Source of the DNA: a virus
IMG/VR virus record: IMGVR_UViG_3300036771_000090
Span: 1 to 64,000 of that record
Direction: 5' to 3' (one strand)
Length of the DNA: 64,000 bases
This document shows, piece by piece, positions 27,890-37,795 of the stretch (positions within the stretch are counted from its first letter, which is position 1; each line of letters starts with the position of its first letter). The translations under genes and the position numbers were made by a program. The notes under the pieces were generated by a model. The model was not told where the DNA came from, searched no databases, and saw only the letters and a list, made by a program, of their open reading frames with translations.

Positions 27890-29683
27890 GTGCCCGAACA
27901 GCTCGAAACCCACACTCTCTACCCCGCCCCGGCTGATCTGACCACGATCCCCGACGCGGAACTGTCCGAAATGGAGACCGTGTTCACCGCGGAGTTCGAC
28001 CGCGTGTACGGCCTCCAGGACTACACCGAAGACCATGTTCAGTACGGCCTGGGACTCCGGGAGAACCTGGACCGGGTCAAGTCGGAGCTGGCCGCGCGTG
28101 ACGTCCGCGCCAAGAGTGCGGCGGCTGCGGCCAAGCTGAAGGCGGACCGCCAGATGGCGGAGCTGAAGGGCGCGATCCACGGACCGGCCGAAGGAACCCC
28201 GGAGGCTGCTCAGGTAGCCGTCGTGGACCAGGAGAAGGCCAACGCCCGGCTGGCCGAAGTCGTGGCCGCCGCGGTGACCGAAGGCTTCGTGGGACTGCTC
28301 GGTGGCGAAGCCGGCAAGGAGATCGTGAAGGGCGCGCGTGGCGGGGCCGTCGTGGCGTCGCTCGGTGCCACCGCCCGGCTGGCCCCGAAGCCGCCGGCCG
28401 GCGTCCAGCAGCGGCTGGCCATCACCGCGTCCGGTTCCGGCCAGGAGCTGCCGAACCTGGCGGCGCTGGCCGCGGAGTTCACCCGGATGGCCAACGGCAT
28501 CCCGATCTCCCGGAGCGGCAAGAACGCCCCCCAGCACCCCGTGGCCCGTATCCGGAACGAGTTCGCGCACACCGTGGACGACCGGATGCGCCCGGCGGAG
28601 ATCGAAGAGATCTGGCGGGAGATGGTCAACCGCGACAGCTCCGACGCGCTGGTGGCCGGCGGTGGCTGGTGCGCCCCGTCAGAGATCATGTACAACTTCT
28701 TCAACATCGCGGACATGGACGGAGCGGTGGACCTGCCGACCGTCGGTGTCACCCGTGGTGGCATCCGGTACCCGGTCTCCCCCGCCATCGGGGACGTGTT
28801 CTTCCAGAACGCGGGCAGCAACCCGGCGTCCGGCTTCGGCTCCTTCGCCTTCCCGTTCAGCAACGCCTCCGACCCGTGGCTGTGGACGGAGACGGACGAC
28901 ATCTCCACCGTCACCGGCTCCGTGAACAAGCCGACCCTGCGCGTTCCCTGTGCCAGCTTCGGGGAGCAGCGGCTGGAGGCGTACGGCCTCACGGTCACCG
29001 CGGGCAACCTGACCGACAGCGCCTGGCCCGAAGCCACCCAGAACTTCATCCGGCTCCTGCGGATGGCCTACGCGCACGCGATCAACGCCCGGCTGCTGTC
29101 CCTCATGGACACCGCCTCCGGCGGCGCGACGACCATCGGCGCCATCACCACCGACCCCGCCGCACCGCGCATCATGAACGCGGTGGAGCTGGCGGCCGTG
29201 GACTACCGGGCGAAGTACGCCATGAACACGGACGCGGTGCTGGAAGTCGTCCTGCCGTACTGGGTCAAGAGCGTCATCCGTTCCGACCTGGCGTACAAGA
29301 CGGGCATCGACTCCACGGAGCTGCTGGCCGTCATCGACAGCCAGATCAATGCGTTCTTCACCGCGCGCAAGGTCCGCGTCCAGTGGGTCAACGACTACCA
29401 GGTGCGCGGAGCCAACCAGCCCGGCTCCAGCTCCAACCTGACCACCTGGCCGACCACCGTCAACTTCATGGTGTACGCGGCCGGCACCTTCCTCCACGGC
29501 ACCGGGCTCCAGCTCGACCTGGGAGTGGTCCGGGACTCCGTGCTCAACGCGGAGAACGACTTCACCGCGGCATGGGCCGAAGAGGCGCACCTGATCGCCA
29601 TGGTGGGCCACGCCAGCCGGAAGTACACCGTGGCCTTCCAGGTCAACGGCGCCAGCGGTGGCGGCACCACGGCACGCGTCTGA
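27890..29683 (+). CDS. Major capsid (hexamer) protein with N-terminal scaffold-like region
   Basis: DALVAGGGWCAPSEIMY...LPTVGVTRGG, characteristic of Rosebush/cluster B-type MCP; GGAGG RBS. Confidence 0.85.
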   Translation: MPEQLETHTLYPAPADLTTIPDAELSEMETVFTAEFDRVYGLQDYTEDHVQYGLGLRENLDRVKSELAARDVRAKSAAAAAKLKADRQMAELKGAIHGPAEGTPEAAQVAVVDQEKANARLAEVVAAAVTEGFVGLLGGEAGKEIVKGARGGAVVASLGATARLAPKPPAGVQQRLAITASGSGQELPNLAALAAEFTRMANGIPISRSGKNAPQHPVARIRNEFAHTVDDRMRPAEIEEIWREMVNRDSSDALVAGGGWCAPSEIMYNFFNIADMDGAVDLPTVGVTRGGIRYPVSPAIGDVFFQNAGSNPASGFGSFAFPFSNASDPWLWTETDDISTVTGSVNKPTLRVPCASFGEQRLEAYGLTVTAGNLTDSAWPEATQNFIRLLRMAYAHAINARLLSLMDTASGGATTIGAITTDPAAPRIMNAVELAAVDYRAKYAMNTDAVLEVVLPYWVKSVIRSDLAYKTGIDSTELLAVIDSQINAFFTARKVRVQWVNDYQVRGANQPGSSSNLTTWPTTVNFMVYAAGTFLHGTGLQLDLGVVRDSVLNAENDFTAAWAEEAHLIAMVGHASRKYTVAFQVNGASGGGTTARV

Positions 29684-29721
29684 TCCCGTCCGTTCCAGCT
29701 CACACAGAGAGGCGGTGAACG

Positions 29722-30654
29722 ATGCCCGGTATGCGTCAGATCGTTGACGGTCCCGGCTTCACGCCGCTCCCGTACGGGCTCTGGGACGCGATCCAGCACC
29801 CCACTCCGACCGATTCGCACTGGCAGAACGGTGTGACCTGGTCGGAGTGGTGCGGTGGCGGTGGCACCGTCTATGACGAATGCATCGCGGTCACCGGTAC
29901 CGGGGGCGCTCCGACAGCCCAGGGCTCCATGTCCGGGAACATCACCCAGAACAACCGCGGCGCCACCGCTTTCACGGTGTACGCGGAGTTCGACTGCTCC
30001 GCTATCGGCAGCGTCGGAGACGCCATGAAGGTGGCCACCGACGCACTGGACCGGGTGGCGCCCTGGCAGGTGGAGACGGCCTTCTGGACGGGCAAGGCCG
30101 GCGCCACCACCAACGGGACGGCCCAGACCACGGTTTTCCCCCACCTGGCCGCGAACACCCAGTACACCGAACCGGGCACTCCCGGAACCACGATCGTGAT
30201 GCAGCCGGCCGCCTCCGTCGTGGCCACCGGCACCGGCGACGACGCGGCCGTCACCATGGGCCAGCTTGAAGGCGCCCTGGCCGACTGCTACCACGGCCAG
30301 GGGCTCATCCACGTGGCCTTCGAAGCCCTGGCCACCCTGAAGGCGTTCAAGCTGGTCCGTCACGATCCGGACGACCCGGCCGCGCTCTACAGCCCGGCCG
30401 GCCATCAGATCGTGGTCGGCTCCGGCTACCCCGGCACCGGCCCCGACGGAGCAGGCGCCCCGGCCGGGACGTCCTGGATCTACGGCACCGGCGCCATGTT
30501 CGGGTACAAGGGGCCCGTCCAGACGCCGCGCCAGCTCTATCAGTCCTTCGACCGTGCGGAGAACACCGTACGGATGATCTCCCAGCAGACCTATCTTCTC
30601 GGCTGGGACTGCTGCCTGTTCGCTGCCCGGCTCAATCTCGGCGTAGCCCAGTGA
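29722..30654 (+). CDS. Putative major capsid pentamer protein
   Basis: PYGL...HWQNGV.W...FTVYAEFDCS...VVGSGY...WIYGTG; immediately after hexamer MCP. Confidence 0.65.
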   Translation: MPGMRQIVDGPGFTPLPYGLWDAIQHPTPTDSHWQNGVTWSEWCGGGGTVYDECIAVTGTGGAPTAQGSMSGNITQNNRGATAFTVYAEFDCSAIGSVGDAMKVATDALDRVAPWQVETAFWTGKAGATTNGTAQTTVFPHLAANTQYTEPGTPGTTIVMQPAASVVATGTGDDAAVTMGQLEGALADCYHGQGLIHVAFEALATLKAFKLVRHDPDDPAALYSPAGHQIVVGSGYPGTGPDGAGAPAGTSWIYGTGAMFGYKGPVQTPRQLYQSFDRAENTVRMISQQTYLLGWDCCLFAARLNLGVAQ

Positions 30655-30668
30655 GGAGTTGAGAATCC

Positions 30669-31373
30669 ATGGCCACCACATCGAACTGTTTCACTCCGAT
30701 CAAGGGCACCACGTACCGCATGGTCAAGCTGGACGCGTGCGGGAACCCCGTGACCGGAACCGGGTCCGTCCAGGTCATCAGCAAGGGGTTCGTCCAGGTC
30801 CAGCAGGAGCCCCAGTACGAAGACGGCACGGAGTTCTTCGAGCGCACCGCGGACGGATCGGTCTGTGTCAACCAGAAGGACGATCCGGTCCTGAAGCGGA
30901 TGCAGCTCACGATCGACTTCTGCGAGATCAACGTGACCGGCGCCTCCTGGATGATGAGCGCCCGGGAGCTGGTCGTCACGAACACCGGCTACGGCTTCGC
31001 GGTGGCGGAAGGCGTTCCGTCCAACCGCTTCAGCCTGGAGGTGTGGCAGCAAGTGGCCGGCTCCGGCGCGTGCGACCCGACGGGGGCCCAGCGGTACATC
31101 TACCACGCGTGGCCGAACTGCGGTGCCGCCAAGATCGGAAACTACACCGTGGAGAACGCGAAGGGCACGCTCCAGATCATGTGCGAGACGCGCGCCGGAT
31201 CGAGCACTCCCACGATCGGCTGGAACGACGGCCCGGGATCGGGTACGTCCTGGCTGCCCACCGGCGCCGCGAACGCGGTCGGAGGCGGCACCGGAGCGCT
31301 GGACCACTGGATGCTGGCGCTCACCACCACCGTTCCGCCCACCGCGGCCTGTTCTCCGGTCTCTCTGACGTGA
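30669..31373 (+). CDS. Major tail (tube) protein
   Basis: RMVKLDACG...E...ADG.VC...FSLEVW pattern of B-like tail tube proteins. Confidence 0.7.
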   Translation: MATTSNCFTPIKGTTYRMVKLDACGNPVTGTGSVQVISKGFVQVQQEPQYEDGTEFFERTADGSVCVNQKDDPVLKRMQLTIDFCEINVTGASWMMSARELVVTNTGYGFAVAEGVPSNRFSLEVWQQVAGSGACDPTGAQRYIYHAWPNCGAAKIGNYTVENAKGTLQIMCETRAGSSTPTIGWNDGPGSGTSWLPTGAANAVGGGTGALDHWMLALTTTVPPTAACSPVSLT

Positions 31374-31678
31374 TCCCCCTCCTGGCCCAGCCGGAGCAGC
31401 GGTGGAGCTGTCCGAACTGCCCCGTGACCGCGGTCACCCGGGGCGAACCGAACCGCTTCCACCGCTGCTCCGGGCTGGCCGGGCTCCTGGTCCAGATGGT
31501 CCCGGCTGGCGTGAAAGCCAAGATCGAAGCGGTGGAACGGGAAGACTGGATCGGCACCGAAGATGTCCAGTACGACGGCAACGGACGGCCGGTCATGGCC
31601 ACCGTCACCACCCGGGACGACGGCAACGACGTCACCGTCTACGCACCGACAGCGCACGTAAGGGGGCTCCTCCAGTGA
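31370..31678 (+). CDS. Hypothetical protein
   Basis: GTGA coupled; WSCPNC...HRC. Confidence 0.6.
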   Translation: MIPLLAQPEQRWSCPNCPVTAVTRGEPNRFHRCSGLAGLLVQMVPAGVKAKIEAVEREDWIGTEDVQYDGNGRPVMATVTTRDDGNDVTVYAPTAHVRGLLQ

Positions 31679-32154
31679 CGTGGAGCGGCAGCGGCATCTT
31701 CAGGGAGTGGCCCAGCCAGGTCTTCCAGGTCTCCGGCACGTCGTACACCGGCCTGGACAGCGACACGGTGAAAGCCGCGCTCTTCAACAACACCGGCACG
31801 CCGGACAAGGACGCCGCGGTGGCGTCCACCGGCTACAACACCGGCCAGTGGGTCACGGCCAACGAAGTCACCGGCGCGTCGGAGTGGGTGGCCGCCGGCC
31901 GGGCGCTGGCGTCCAAGACGTTCACTACCCCCAGCTCCGGCGTCTTCATGTTCGACGCCGCGGACCTCACCGGGTCCGCGTCGGTGACCATGTCCGGCAT
32001 CCAGGGCTGCCTGGTCTATGACGACACGATCAGCGGCGGCACCGTGGCCAAGCAGGGTGTGAGCTTCAACTACTTCGGTGGTGCCCAGTCGGTCACGTCC
32101 GGCACGTTCTCCGTGGCCTGGAACGCCAACGGGGTTCTGCGCTTCACGGTCTGA
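31675..32154 (+). CDS. Putative virion structural protein
   Basis: DTVKAALF...FDAAD...FGGAQSVTSGTF.V.W..NG; beta-rich. Confidence 0.65.
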   Translation: MTWSGSGIFREWPSQVFQVSGTSYTGLDSDTVKAALFNNTGTPDKDAAVASTGYNTGQWVTANEVTGASEWVAAGRALASKTFTTPSSGVFMFDAADLTGSASVTMSGIQGCLVYDDTISGGTVAKQGVSFNYFGGAQSVTSGTFSVAWNANGVLRFTV

Positions 32155-32163
32155 GTCCCGGCC

Positions 32164-32883
32164 GTGGCCATCACGGAGGACACCACCAACCAGCCCGTAC
32201 CCGTTCACGCCACCGGGCTCACCGCCACCACAGCATCCTTCACCCCTGCTAACGCAACGTTGCTGGTGGCACTGGTCTCCGTGGACGGGGGAGCCACCGC
32301 CACATCCACCGTTCTCACGGATTCGGTGGCCGGAACCTGGACACTGCTGAAACGGCAGAACGCGGTCGGTGGCGGGGTCGGCGGCGCGGCGGAGATCTGG
32401 TGCCGCTACCTGGTGACCTCCCCGGGCGCGATGACCGTCACCGATGTCTGGACAGCCAACGGGCAGAACAGCGGGAATCTCACCGTGCGCTGTCTCCTTG
32501 GCGCCAGCTCCACCCAGACCGGTGCGACAGCCGGTACCGGCGCCGGCACGATCGCACCGACCGTGGCCATCACCCCCACCGTGCTCAACTCCTGGGTGTA
32601 CGGCGCGATCCTGGACTACCAGTCCGCCGCGTCCCTGACTCCCAACGCCATCACGACCCGGATTGACCAGTTCCAGGACGCTGTCAACGGAGACACCTGG
32701 GCCAACTGGAAGGCCACAGCCGCCACCACTTCGCTGTCGTCCACCACCTACGGTTTCACCAACGCCAACAGCGCTTTCAACACGGCCGCCGCGGAGATCC
32801 TGCCGCTGGCCGGTGGGGGCGCTGTGGTCCAGCCACCGCCCGTCATCGTCGGCCAGGCCATCGGCCGGGCCTCCACCTGGTGA
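32164..32883 (+). CDS. Putative virion/decoration protein
   Basis: Thr/Ala-rich beta-sandwich-like sequence in structural operon. Confidence 0.6.
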   Translation: MAITEDTTNQPVPVHATGLTATTASFTPANATLLVALVSVDGGATATSTVLTDSVAGTWTLLKRQNAVGGGVGGAAEIWCRYLVTSPGAMTVTDVWTANGQNSGNLTVRCLLGASSTQTGATAGTGAGTIAPTVAITPTVLNSWVYGAILDYQSAASLTPNAITTRIDQFQDAVNGDTWANWKATAATTSLSSTTYGFTNANSAFNTAAAEILPLAGGGAVVQPPPVIVGQAIGRASTW

Positions 32884-32893
32884 GGTACACCCC

Positions 32894-33157
32894 ATGGCAG
32901 ATCTTCCGCAGAACCAGTTCCCCATGAAGTGGATGGACGGACAGAGTGACCGGGTCGCCGTCTTCGCGCTGCTGAAGGTCAACGCCGGAGACACCGTGGA
33001 CCTGGCCCAGTTCTTCTCCAACGTCCGCCGGGCCACACTCCTGGGTGTCACCGTGGCCGCCGCGGTGGCCGCCACGGTCAGCGGGACCGTGGTCACCGTT
33101 CCGGCCGGCGCGACCAACGATGCCGCGATCCTCACCGTCTACGGTGTGGCGGTGTGA
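32894..33157 (+). CDS. Small putative virion protein
   Basis: GAGG RBS. Confidence 0.55.
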   Translation: MADLPQNQFPMKWMDGQSDRVAVFALLKVNAGDTVDLAQFFSNVRRATLLGVTVAAAVAATVSGTVVTVPAGATNDAAILTVYGVAV

Positions 33158-33158
33158 G

Positions 33159-33662
33159 GTGAGCACCCAGTTCACCGCCTTCAACTGCGCGATCGACGCC
33201 ACCACCGGCGTGATGGCCGGGACGTCGTACGCGGCCGGCGCCAAGGTAGCCATCCAACTGGCTCCCGCTTCCGGCAGTTACCTCCGGCTGGTGGAGTGGG
33301 GGGTCAGCTTCAACGGCACCGCGGCCGGCGCCCCGTCGGTATGCACCCTGGCCCAGGCCAGTGCGGCATCCACCATGGGCACCGCGCACAGCACGTCCAC
33401 GATCCTGCCGACGGGGGACCTGGCCAAGACGTCCACGCTCCAGATGGGCACGTCCCTGAGCGGATACGGAGCAGCCACCATCACCACCAACACCACCCAG
33501 CGCCAGTTTGCCGGCGCGCAGGTCGGGCCGATGACCCAGTATGAGAAACAGTTCCCTCTCGGCAGGGATTTCGTGGTTCTCAGCGGTTCCTTCCTCCAGC
33601 TCCGGATCAACACGGCGGCCACGCTCACCGCCATTGCGTACGTCGTCTACGAAGAGAACTGA
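33159..33662 (+). CDS. Putative virion protein
   Basis: GC3-biased frame in structural operon. Confidence 0.55.
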   Translation: MSTQFTAFNCAIDATTGVMAGTSYAAGAKVAIQLAPASGSYLRLVEWGVSFNGTAAGAPSVCTLAQASAASTMGTAHSTSTILPTGDLAKTSTLQMGTSLSGYGAATITTNTTQRQFAGAQVGPMTQYEKQFPLGRDFVVLSGSFLQLRINTAATLTAIAYVVYEEN

Positions 33663-33685
33663 TTCCCGGGAAGCGGTGAGACCGG

Positions 33686-35056
33686 ATGGCGCTGCTGGGA
33701 CGGAGCCAGCCCGCACAGGCGTACATCCACGTCCAGGCTCCGCCCCCGGCCGCCCCCGCGGTCACCGCGACGGCCGGAGAACCGGAAGCCGTGGGAACAG
33801 CCTTCGATGCCGTCGTCTCCACCGCGGTCACCGCGACGGCCGGAGAACCGGAAGCCGCTGGTACCGCGTACAGCGTGTCCGCCGGGCTGACCGGATTCTC
33901 CGGTGCCCCGGAAGCTGCTGGAGCAGCCCAGGACGCGCTCTCCGGTGTCCAGCCCGGCGCCGGAGAGCCGGAAGCCGTTGGTACCGCCTACGACGCTGCG
34001 GTGAGCACCAGCGGAACAGCGGTGGCCGGCGCCCCGGAAGCCGCTGGAGCAGCCCAGGACGCGGTCACCGGGCTGGCAGTGACGGCCGGCGCCCCGGAAG
34101 CCGCTGGTATCGCCTACGACGCTGCGGTGAGCGCCAGCGGCACAGCGGTGGCCGGCGCCCCGGAAGCCGCTGGTATCGCCTACGACGCTGCGGTGAGCGC
34201 CAGCGGCACAGCGGTGGCCGGCGCCCCGGAAGCTGCTGGAGCAGCCCAGGACGCCATGGCTGCCGGTGCCGGTACGTCCATCGCGGAACAGTCCGGCGCG
34301 GCCGGTACTGCCTACGACGCTGCGGTGAGCGCCAGCGGCACAGCGGCGGCCGGCGCCCCGGAAGCTGCGGGCACCGCGCTGGACGCGCTCTCCAGTACGG
34401 CAGTCACCGCCGGAGAACCGGAAGCCGCCGGCACTGCTCTGGACGCCGTTGTGGCTGCCGGAGGAACAGGTTCTGCTGGCGCCCCGGAAGCCGCTGGTAT
34501 CGCCTACGACGCTGCGGTGAGCGCCAGCGGCACAGCGGCGGCCGGTGCCCCGGAAGCCGCTGGTACCGCGCTGGATGCTGCCGTGTCGTTTTCCGGCACG
34601 GCTGCCGCGGAGAGCCCCACAGCGGACGGAGCTGCCTACGGAGCGGCGGCCGGGAGCACGGTCCAGGCAGACGCCGGGAGCCCCGCAGCGAACGGTACAG
34701 CGGCTCCGGCGGACATCTCGATCACGGTTGCCGCACAGCAGCCGGGCGCCGCCGGGACCGCGCTGGACGCTGCTGTCCTGACAGCTCTTGTGGTGACAGC
34801 GGAAAGTCCCGCAGCCGCCGGGACCGCATACGGTGTCTTCCAGGGCGCCGCACCCACCGACCTGCGCGAGTGCGTCAGCGGTCAGGAGCCCGGCGTCTTC
34901 TTCTACGGCAGAGAGCCGGCTTACACCCTGTCCGGCACCGCGGCGGCCGGGACGATCTCCGGACGGGAGCCGGTATCGTTCGGAGCAGGCACGGAGCCGA
35001 TCAACAGGGTGTCCGGTGAGGAGGCGGGGTCCGAATGCCGGATGACGGAGAACTGA
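33686..35056 (+). CDS. Ala/Gly-rich tandem-repeat protein (fibre/decoration-like)
   Basis: About 17 copies of a 20-22 aa unit AG(A/E)PEAAGxAxDAxVS; exact 66-bp DNA tandem near 34084-34215. Confidence 0.7.
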   Translation: MALLGRSQPAQAYIHVQAPPPAAPAVTATAGEPEAVGTAFDAVVSTAVTATAGEPEAAGTAYSVSAGLTGFSGAPEAAGAAQDALSGVQPGAGEPEAVGTAYDAAVSTSGTAVAGAPEAAGAAQDAVTGLAVTAGAPEAAGIAYDAAVSASGTAVAGAPEAAGIAYDAAVSASGTAVAGAPEAAGAAQDAMAAGAGTSIAEQSGAAGTAYDAAVSASGTAAAGAPEAAGTALDALSSTAVTAGEPEAAGTALDAVVAAGGTGSAGAPEAAGIAYDAAVSASGTAAAGAPEAAGTALDAAVSFSGTAAAESPTADGAAYGAAAGSTVQADAGSPAANGTAAPADISITVAAQQPGAAGTALDAAVLTALVVTAESPAAAGTAYGVFQGAAPTDLRECVSGQEPGVFFYGREPAYTLSGTAAAGTISGREPVSFGAGTEPINRVSGEEAGSECRMTEN

Positions 35057-35376
35057 CGATCGGCCCGTACGTGACCGGAGAGAAGCCGGCGCCGCTCCAG
35101 TACCAGTTCCTGGACTCCAGCGGTGTCCCGATGGATCTCACCGGGTACACCGCGAAGCTGTCCGTACAGGAACGCTTCGGCTCCCCGACGGAGTACAGCG
35201 CGGTCATGGCCGTAGCGGCGTCCGGTGTCGTCTCCTACGCCTGGACCGGGACGGAATGGCCGACACCGGGCCGGTACGCCATCCAGTTCTGGGTGGGCAA
35301 CGGAACCAACCGGTACGCCTCCGTCCGGATGGCCTTCGCTGTCGCCTCCTCCGTCGGCCCCGTCCCGAGTATCTGA
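35035..35376 (+). CDS. BppU-N-like virion protein
   Basis: PMDLTGYTAKL...GVVSYAW...PGRYAIQFWV. Confidence 0.6.
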   Translation: MPDDGELTIGPYVTGEKPAPLQYQFLDSSGVPMDLTGYTAKLSVQERFGSPTEYSAVMAVAASGVVSYAWTGTEWPTPGRYAIQFWVGNGTNRYASVRMAFAVASSVGPVPSI

Positions 35377-35385
35377 GAGGCAGCC

Positions 35386-36192
35386 ATGTCCGCGGACTTC
35401 GGACCCTGCTCCCCCTGGGAGCCCATCTGGATCTGCGACGTCTCCACGCGCTCCCCGGCGGCCACCGGGTACGCCGCTGAAGCGGCCACCGAAATGCTCT
35501 GGGCCCTGTCCGGACGCCGGTACGGGACATGCACCACGACACTCCGCCCGTGCCGCCGGAACTGTTACGACACCGCCTGGTGGGGAATGTACGGCGCCGG
35601 CTGGGCCAACACCTACACGTCCCCCGGGTACGCCTACTCCGTGGGCCGCTTCGGAACCTGGTTCGATCTGGGGTGCGGCTCCTGCGGCGGGGAGTGCTCC
35701 TGCTCCGTGGTCTCCGAAGCCATCCTGCCCTTCCCGGTGAGCACGGTCATCCGGGTCACGATGGACGGAACCCCGATGGCCACCGGTGCCTACCGGGTGG
35801 ATGACAACCGCCGGCTGGTACGGACCGATGGGGGACATTGGCCCCGCTGCAACGACCTGTCGAAGAACGACGACCAGCCCGGCACCTGGTCCGTCACCGC
35901 GTCATACGGCGAAGACGTCCCCGTCTCCGGCCGGATGGCCGTCGGAGAGCTGGCGTGCGAGATCCTGAAGGCCATGGACGGGGAGGACTGCCGGCTCCCG
36001 GCCGGGCTGATCTCCCTGGCCCGACAGGGGGTCACCATCTCGCTTCCCCAGCCCGGGGACCTGTGGAAAGACGGCAAGACGGGCCTGTTCCTGTGTGACG
36101 CCTTCATCAGCACGGTGAACCCCGGCAACCTGACCCGGCGCGCCCGGGTGTTCAGCGTGGACCACCGGCCGCCGCGAAGGGCGGGGACATGA
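35386..36192 (+). CDS. Head-to-tail adaptor
   Basis: LWALSGRRYG.C...RPC...ELACE...CRLP...SLARQGV, as in B-like adaptors. Confidence 0.7.
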   Translation: MSADFGPCSPWEPIWICDVSTRSPAATGYAAEAATEMLWALSGRRYGTCTTTLRPCRRNCYDTAWWGMYGAGWANTYTSPGYAYSVGRFGTWFDLGCGSCGGECSCSVVSEAILPFPVSTVIRVTMDGTPMATGAYRVDDNRRLVRTDGGHWPRCNDLSKNDDQPGTWSVTASYGEDVPVSGRMAVGELACEILKAMDGEDCRLPAGLISLARQGVTISLPQPGDLWKDGKTGLFLCDAFISTVNPGNLTRRARVFSVDHRPPRRAGT

Positions 36193-36707
36193 TCGTCACC
36201 GAAGACCGCTGGTTTCAGGTGGCCAGCCGGATCAACGCGGCGGTGTACGCGGCGCTGGACCCGAAGCCCTGCCGCTCCGGTGTGGTGCCCGGTTCGATCG
36301 CCTGGGACGACTGCAACTGTGGGCTGCTGGCCACGACGGTAGGCACGTCCTATCCCAGCGACGAATTCCCGACCGAACAGGTAGGGATCACAGGCAACTG
36401 CGAAGCCGCCTGGGAGGTGGTGGAGATCATTGTCCAGATCGTCCGCTGTGCGCCGGGCCCGACCGGAGCCACCGCTACGCCTCCCACGGTGAAGGCGCTG
36501 TCCAGTTCCGCGTCCCAGGTGGACAAGGACGGGAACCAGATGACCGCGGCCGTGGGCTTGGTCCTGTGCCAGATGAAGGACGCGTTCGACATCTCCGACT
36601 TCCTGGTGACCCGGCGCATCCCCCAGGGCCCCCAGGGTGGTTGCGTAGGATCGGAACAGCACATGCTGATTGCTCTCCCCAGGACGTGGCCATGGCTGAA
36701 TTCCTGA
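36189..36707 (+). CDS. Tail terminator/neck protein
   Basis: IAWDDC.CG...VRCAP...GPQGGCVG; position. Confidence 0.55.
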   Translation: MIVTEDRWFQVASRINAAVYAALDPKPCRSGVVPGSIAWDDCNCGLLATTVGTSYPSDEFPTEQVGITGNCEAAWEVVEIIVQIVRCAPGPTGATATPPTVKALSSSASQVDKDGNQMTAAVGLVLCQMKDAFDISDFLVTRRIPQGPQGGCVGSEQHMLIALPRTWPWLNS

Positions 36708-37060
36708 CCATCAACGCGACGGCCGCGCAGCGGCTGGCCAACCGGTCTTCAGGTCCCCAGGTGGCCCGGAAGACCGCACTGGTTGCCCAGCACGCGCGCA
36801 TCCTGGCGCCCGGTTCGATGAAGAACACGATCCGCTCGATCGGCGGGACCGGGCCGGCTCCGATCGGCATCGTGGTCTGCGACCACCCGGCGGCGCTGTT
36901 CGTGCTGAAGGGGACCAACGCGCACGACATCCGCCCCAAGACGAAGGCGGCGCTGGCCTTCATCCCGCGCGGCGGGAAGAACAAGGTCTTCGCCAAGCTG
37001 GTCCACCACCCGGGCACCAAGGAGAACAACTTCCTGATGAAGGCGCTGCGCTCGATCTGA
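36692..37060 (+). CDS. HK97 gp10-like neck/minor protein
   Basis: ALFVLKGT.AH.IRP...VHHPGT...FL.KAL. Confidence 0.65.
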   Translation: MAEFLTINATAAQRLANRSSGPQVARKTALVAQHARILAPGSMKNTIRSIGGTGPAPIGIVVCDHPAALFVLKGTNAHDIRPKTKAALAFIPRGGKNKVFAKLVHHPGTKENNFLMKALRSI

Positions 37061-37106
37061 CCGGCTCCGGAAAGATCATGGTTTTCCAGCGGCTAGCGTG
37101 ATGGCC

Positions 37107-37532
37107 ATGCCCACCAAAGACTTCTCCAAGAAGCGCGAACCGATCAGCTTCACGATCGACTCCGACCGTTTCATCTGTGTCACTGCCATCCCCGGGGACA
37201 CGCTGGTCACCCTCCTGGCGAAGCTCCAGGGCGCGGACGACGACGACATGGAGCAGGTGGCCAACGGTCTGAAGCAGATCCTGGCGGAGCTGCTGGTGGA
37301 CTCCTCTTACGCTCGGTTCGCGGAGCGCTTCGCCAGCAAGGACGACCCGATCGATTTCGTCCAGATGAACGAAATCGTGGAGTGGCTGATGGAGGCGTTC
37401 GGGATGCGCCCTACGAAGCCATCTTCCGACTCACCCATTGGGCTACCTCCCCAGGAGTCTGGCATGAGCTTGACGGGGACTACGCCCGACGTGGTATCGA
37501 TCCCCTCGAACTCCCAGCAGACCGCTTCCTGA
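37107..37532 (+). CDS. Tail assembly chaperone (G)
   Basis: Two genes upstream of tape measure; ends ...GMRPTKPSS. Confidence 0.75.
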   Translation: MPTKDFSKKREPISFTIDSDRFICVTAIPGDTLVTLLAKLQGADDDDMEQVANGLKQILAELLVDSSYARFAERFASKDDPIDFVQMNEIVEWLMEAFGMRPTKPSSDSPIGLPPQESGMSLTGTTPDVVSIPSNSQQTAS

Positions 37533-37795
37533 ACCTGATCTATTACGAAATGCTTCAGCGCCTGGACGTCGGGGAGAGCGAAAACCCTGAAGACGTGCGC
37601 CGGGCATTCGACAACGAAATGGGTGTGACCGGCTGGGCCACGCCCGGCCGTACGAAGGTCTTCGAGCGGACCCCCGAAGACGAAGGCGCACCGCTGTGGT
37701 GGCACGGCGCGGAGGAGGCGTCCCAGAGCTTCCTGGCGTCGTTCGGCATCGTCCTCCAGGACGAAGCACCGGTGGAGGGGAGTCCAGGTGGCTGA
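37410..37795 (+). CDS. Tail assembly chaperone -1 frame extension (GT)
   Basis: Overlapping -1 frame ORF (PYEAIFRL...) without good RBS, ending at TMP start. Confidence 0.65.

Noticed and set aside
30659-31678. 339-aa ORF as one gene
   Set aside because: First two-thirds overlaps the major tail gene out of frame; only 31370-31678 looks coding
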